Part shown: positions 59,084 to 64,000 of the stretch, piece after piece
How the letters are laid out: the number at the start of each line of letters is the position of its first letter
Position numbering within the stretch: position 1 is the first letter of the stretch
From: Balanoglossus misakiensis
Lineage: Eukaryota > Animalia > Hemichordata
DNA length: 64,000 nt
Reading direction: 5' to 3'
Assembly: GCA_040954595.2 (NCBI GenBank)
Contig: CM082590.2
Coordinates: 10,256,088-10,320,087 of the forward strand
Translations under genes and position numbers: made by a program
The notes under the pieces: model-generated
Told to the model about the DNA's origin: nothing
Database searches by the model: none
What the model saw: the letters and a program-made list of their open reading frames with translations, nothing else

Positions 59084-62000
59084 ATGGCTGGTGAGTTGGA
59101 CTGGTCTAGTATATATCAGGGAAATATTTACCACTGTGCTATGATTGAGATTCATGGCAATTTCGACGAAGTGGACTATACATTGTGGATGAAATGAAAA
59201 GCTGTGCATGCGCAGTATTGACGACAACTGCACTTGAAAAAAAAAACACAGTTAGGAGCGGGACATCATGTGAATAATTGCTTCACAGAATTATATTTTT
59301 AATTTTCAGTTTACCATGAGTACATTATCATCGGGGCTGGACCAGGTGGCCTCCAGATGGGTTATTACATGGAGAAGAACAAAGCTGATTATCTGATCTT
59401 AGAAGGTGCAAACAAACCAGGCAACTTCTTCACCACTCAACCTCGTCATCGTACACTGATTTCCATCAACAAGGTGTACAACCCTTTCCCCGAGAAAGAG
59501 TTCAACATGAGACACGACTGGAACTCGCTTCTCTGTGATGATGATTCCTTGAGATTCACCAAGTACACAGAAGAACTCTTCCCACACGCTGATGTCCTGG
59601 TCAGATATCTGAACGACTTTGCCCACAAGAACGAGCTGAAGATCATCTACCAGACATATGTCGCCAACATCAACAAGTTCAAGTGTCCTAAATCTGGAGA
59701 AGATAGGTTCAAACTGAAAACCAAGGAAGGCAAGGAATACGAGTGTCGAGTTCTTCTGATGGCAACTGGGGTCAGAAAGGAGATGCTTCCGGACATCCCG
59801 GGCATTGAACACGCAGACACCTACACTGAACACAGCATCGACCAGAACGATTACAAGGGGAAAACAGTGGGAGTTATCGGTCGCGGGAACAGCGCCTTTG
59901 AAGTGGCCAATCACATCGCGGGACATGCAGCTGTCGTTCACATCTTTGGACAGATTCCACCAAAGTTTGCCTGGGACACTCATTTTGTTGGTAAGCATGC
60001 CAAAGTTAGTCATTCTGTGGTCATTTCTGATCTCGTGAATAATTCGAGTATGCAACACATTTCGTCAACTTCAATCGGGAAGTTAGTTTTACCACTCGCT
60101 GCATAAGAATACACGAGTAATAGACCATTTTTCAAACTTAATGAATTTCGAAAGCTTGGTTGGCCAGTAATCTGTTGCCACAGTAACTAACCACTACTTG
60201 CGAGATCTCGGAAAATAATAATACATGTATACTTTCCAGGCGACCTGCGAGCAGTAAACAACAACATTCTCGATATGTACCAACTGAAAAGCCTACACTC
60301 TTATATCTTGTTTGATGTCCTTGGTCTGACAAAGTTGGAAAATGGAAAGATCGAAGTTGAAGTACAGGTACCATGTTTACATGCGGAGCCACCAGGATTT
60401 TATAGGTCTGCTTATAGTCTAGACAAAGTTATTTCTTGCACGGGCTTCAAGTATATTGATCAGGACATTTTCTCGGACAACTGTAAACCAAGTGAGTATA
60501 CATCAACATAAAGTCACTAATAATCAAAAATGACCTTCAAAAACAATAATAAATAATACATTCTTGTATTTTCCAAAGAGAATGTTTGTATGAAATCAGA
60601 GTTCAAGTTTGATCAACACAAACCTATCATTTTAATTAGACACTAGAAAGAATGGCAAGTTCCCAGTTCTGAAGAATAACTGGGAAACAGAGAACGTCCC
60701 CAACATGTACTACATCGGAACACCAATGCAGACCAGGGACAGAAAAGCAGCTTCTGGTTTCATTCATGGATTCAGATACAACATCAGGACGCTGTATCAT
60801 CTTCTGAGGGAGAAGTATGATGATATTCCTTATGCAAGGACGGAATTGGAGAGAGATGCGTCGTTTCTAGGCAAACGTATCATAGGTAACGAGTGAAAGC
60901 TATTTATATAGAAAAGTGGAGAGAGAAAGAGAGAGAGATACGGATAGACAGGCAAACTGACAGAGAGACATACAGAGATAGAGACAGACAGAGTGAGAGA
61001 GGGAGAGAGAGAAAGAGAGAGAGGGGGGGAGAGATGTGATATAACACAATGTGATGTGGTGTGCTTCAATCAACAGATAGAATGTCGATCGCTGACGGTC
61101 TCTATCAGATGCAAGGATTCCTTTGTGATGTACTCATTGTACCGGAGGAGACTGACAAGAAGGCCGTCTATTACGAAGAGCTGCCACTAGACTATGTACT
61201 CGACAATGAATACTTCACGAATCAGCAACACATGTTCATCACTGTACTCAAGTTCACCTTTGACAGGTACAGCTGTTGACAACATTAACCATTTCACCAC
61301 CATGGTTCAGTCCAAATCTATTGTTTCCCATGAAAAAGTTGGACCTGGGAACTGGTAACTGGGGGTGACAGGGTCAAAGAGAGAGAGTGACATATTACAA
61401 ACCCCTTTCTCCGGGTGTTTACGCAGGCGGAATAGGTGCGTCCTTTAGTTGGACATATGGCAAATGTAAATCTGGCGTATGACGGATTTTCGAGCAGACG
61501 GCGGCCGATCTTAACAATGGATTTCTCACAGAGCATCATATATTAATTAAAAAAACTACTAGTATATTTAGTCCTGCTTTACCTGTTTGGTTATTTTGTC
61601 TTCCAGGTTTGGAAAATTTGGCAAAACTGCGACCAACTGGGGTCAGATGCCGAACTACCTCAAACCAGAGTGCCAGGCATTCTTGCGACCAATCATATCG
61701 TACTACAACAAGGGCAAATACGTCGGCGAACAGGCTGCCAATGAATCGCTACTGCTTCGATTTGACGTCAAGGGATTCAGAGGAACGAATGGAGACATAA
61801 ACCCCAATAGATTCGCCAACTTCATCAACGAACACGTAAGTTTTCAAAGTGTGGAACCAAAAAGGCCAATAGACCTGGCAACTTCATCACTAAACGTCTT
61901 ATCAGGGTTTGGGACCAAAAAGGCCAATAGGTTCGCCAACTTCATCAACGAACACGGAAGTTTTCAGTGTTTGTGGATGTAAATTTACAGAGAATGGGAC

Positions 62001-62332
62001 CAAACAGGCCAATAGATCGGGCAACTTCATCAACGATCATATGATTTCAGAGTGTGGGGCCAAAAGGGCCAATTGACGTGGCAACTTCGTCAACGAACGC
62101 GTAAATTATCAGAGTGTTGAACTATTTATTTATTTATTTTTTATAGACCAATATTTCGCCAGGAGCAAAGTACAACTTGGATTTTTACATAGACGAGGAT
62201 GACTACAAGCAATTTTTCGTTCCCCTCACTGAAGAACAGAAAAAAAGACTACCACCAGAGTACTACGAAGCCAAAGGATGCAAGCCAGCCAACATGTTTC
62301 TTTTGAAAGAGCAAGGTGCATCGGAAGACTAG
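59084..62332 (+). CDS. FOXRED2-like FAD/NAD(P)H-dependent oxidoreductase, copy 2 (about 596 aa, no signal peptide)
   Basis: Exons 59084-59090 (ATGGCTG), 59310-59990, 60240-60491, 60640-60885, 61077-61266, 61607-61835, 62147-62332; internal exon lengths identical to copy 1. Confidence 0.9.
61805..62112 (+). repeat. About 60-bp tandem repeat derived from the exon 6 end and splice donor
   Basis: Five diverged copies of CCAATAG.T.G.CAACTTCATCAACGAACAC.TAAGTTTTCAGAGTGTGG.ACCAAAA.GG. Confidence 0.85.
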
Positions 62333-62930
62333 ATAAATTATGTTGTCTATGTCATTTCCATCGCCATGGTAACAAGAACCACGTGACTTTACCATGGTAA
62401 CAAGAATCATGTGACTTTGACAAAATGTGATTTTACCTGGCAGATTCACCCGAGTATATAAGGTCATACTTGCAATTGTATGAAACTGTTTGACGGGAAA
62501 ATAAATTGTTTATAAACTGTCTTTATCCCTTCTGAAAATTGTCGTTCCTGTACTTTCGACCTTCTGATCTTGAGAAGTAAACTTCTCATATATTTGAAAT
62601 TAAACTTCAAAGTGGACATTATTATTTTTCTAAGATTGCATGAATTGAATAAATGGGACCCAGTTTACCACGAGGCGTCACGCGTGCGCTTGGAACGCTC
62701 GGCGTCTCGACTGAGGAAAGTAAGAACGCGCATTTTCCTTTCCACGTGGTTTGATCAACACGACTTGAATTCTGTCTCGAGATTCAAAAGCAGAAAGAAC
62801 ATAACGCACAAATAAAGGTTCCAGAATGATGTAGAATATTTCGAAGCAAGACGCTCTCCTTGGATATTTTATTTGGGCTTTGAAAATCTTGCCAGATGTT
62901 TTGTTTCATCCATCCCGAAGAGTTGACCAA

Positions 62931-63954
62931 ATGAACGACATCGTTCTGTTGTTCGAGACAGACTCCTGGATCGATATGTTCAGAAGAATTGTTTTCCGAA
63001 ACTGCGAGAGAAACGCTCGGAGTGCCACGCTCACACAGGGACCAGTGGAACTGAACGGAGACGGCGTCGCGTTGTCCTGTAACACTTTAGGCTTCGATAC
63101 CACCACGGAAAACTCGCTGATTTTCGGCGAACAGGGTAAAAGCGTCGCCATTAACGACGGCAGAATATTCCAAGTGAATATCGTAGGTGTAGAACCCAAA
63201 AACGAACTCCATTTCGGACCACATGCGAACACAGTGGAAAATAACGGGCTTGTCGTGCAAATCAATATTTACCGACAGGTACTGGTGAAGGACGACAAAT
63301 TTTATATTTGCGCGACTGAGGCAACACGCCTAGCTTTTGGAAACGACAAAACAACCATTAAAAACAACGGAACTATCATCAAAATTGACATCTACGGAGC
63401 AGAGTTGACTCATATGACGGGGGAGCTGGATCTAGCAATCGTTCGCAATGGCATTGATTCTCCAGTCGTCAAGATAAAAACTTGGAACAGGCAAGTCATT
63501 TCAATTTATCTGGCTTTACCGATACACACATGTTGGCAAAGAAATGTTCAGAAAATATCAAGTGTAGATGTGCAGATGACAGATATCCGACCAGCAGTTG
63601 CTAATCAACATTTAGCCTCGGTTACCATGGAGACTCAGACTAGGGCAGTTTTAGCCGATACAAGTGCGCCCCCACAAGGCCATTACAACTAATCGCAACA
63701 TACTTTGTTTTTTAAAAAAAACTTCGTACTTCTGTCTGTTTCTCTCCCTCCCTCCCTCCCCCTCTCAACACTTGTCTGCTTCTGTCTGCAGACGAGAAGG
63801 CCAGAAAATCAAGATAAACGGAGGCGAGATAGAATTACCGATCAGCAAAACAGACAAGTTGACAGGAATGGTGACTGACACATCATATGTGCTCAACATG
63901 ACTATTTTGGCGTTTCCAGAGAAACGGTTAGCAGAGAACTCGAGGCGCATGTGA
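62931..63954 (+). CDS. Uncharacterised beta-rich repeat protein (about 240 aa) with a GC-AG intron
   Basis: ATG at 62931 within the long ORF. Donor AG|GCAAGT (63491) and a polypyrimidine-preceded acceptor CAG (63791) are both phase 2 and join in frame to REGQKIKINGG...RRM*. Three internal peptide repeats. Start codon uncertain. Confidence 0.55.
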
Positions 63955-64000
63955 CGGTAGTTGCAGCTGCCCAACTCAGGACTGATGCATGGATGCATAT

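Noticed and set aside
54255-60058. 194-aa and 219-aa minus-strand ORFs
   Set aside because: Antisense shadows of the FOXRED2-like exon 2 in each copy.
62880-63692. Minus-strand gene whose antisense would explain the long + ORF
   Set aside because: The mirrored frame contains multiple stops; the + strand has peptide repeats and in-phase splice sites.

Overview
Eukaryotic (animal) genomic DNA with spliceosomal introns, microsatellites and MITEs. The gene content suggests a marine invertebrate, possibly a hemichordate or other deuterostome, but that is inference only. Left (3.0-17.5 kb): a 17-exon type II membrane M1 aminopeptidase (LNPEP/ERAP-like). Middle (18.3-40.2 kb), gene-free: five arrays of an 88-bp satellite alternate with a near-invariant 1021-bp spacer in an A-B-A-B-A higher-order pattern. 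These are followed by a 5'-truncated L2/CR1-group LINE, a cluster of tRNA-like and highly base-paired putative Pol III RNAs, a 526-bp spacerless palindrome, a solo spacer copy and an inverted, diverged array of the same satellite. Right (40.3-64 kb): a dense, all-plus-strand cluster of a steryl-sulfatase-like gene, two duplicated unknown secreted proteins, an intronless MAPEG gene, a plant-type diaminopimelate decarboxylase (lysA) with introns, two signal-peptide-less FOXRED2-like flavoenzymes with patchy gene conversion, and an unknown beta-repeat protein with a GC-AG intron. Exon models were read by eye and no database searches were run.
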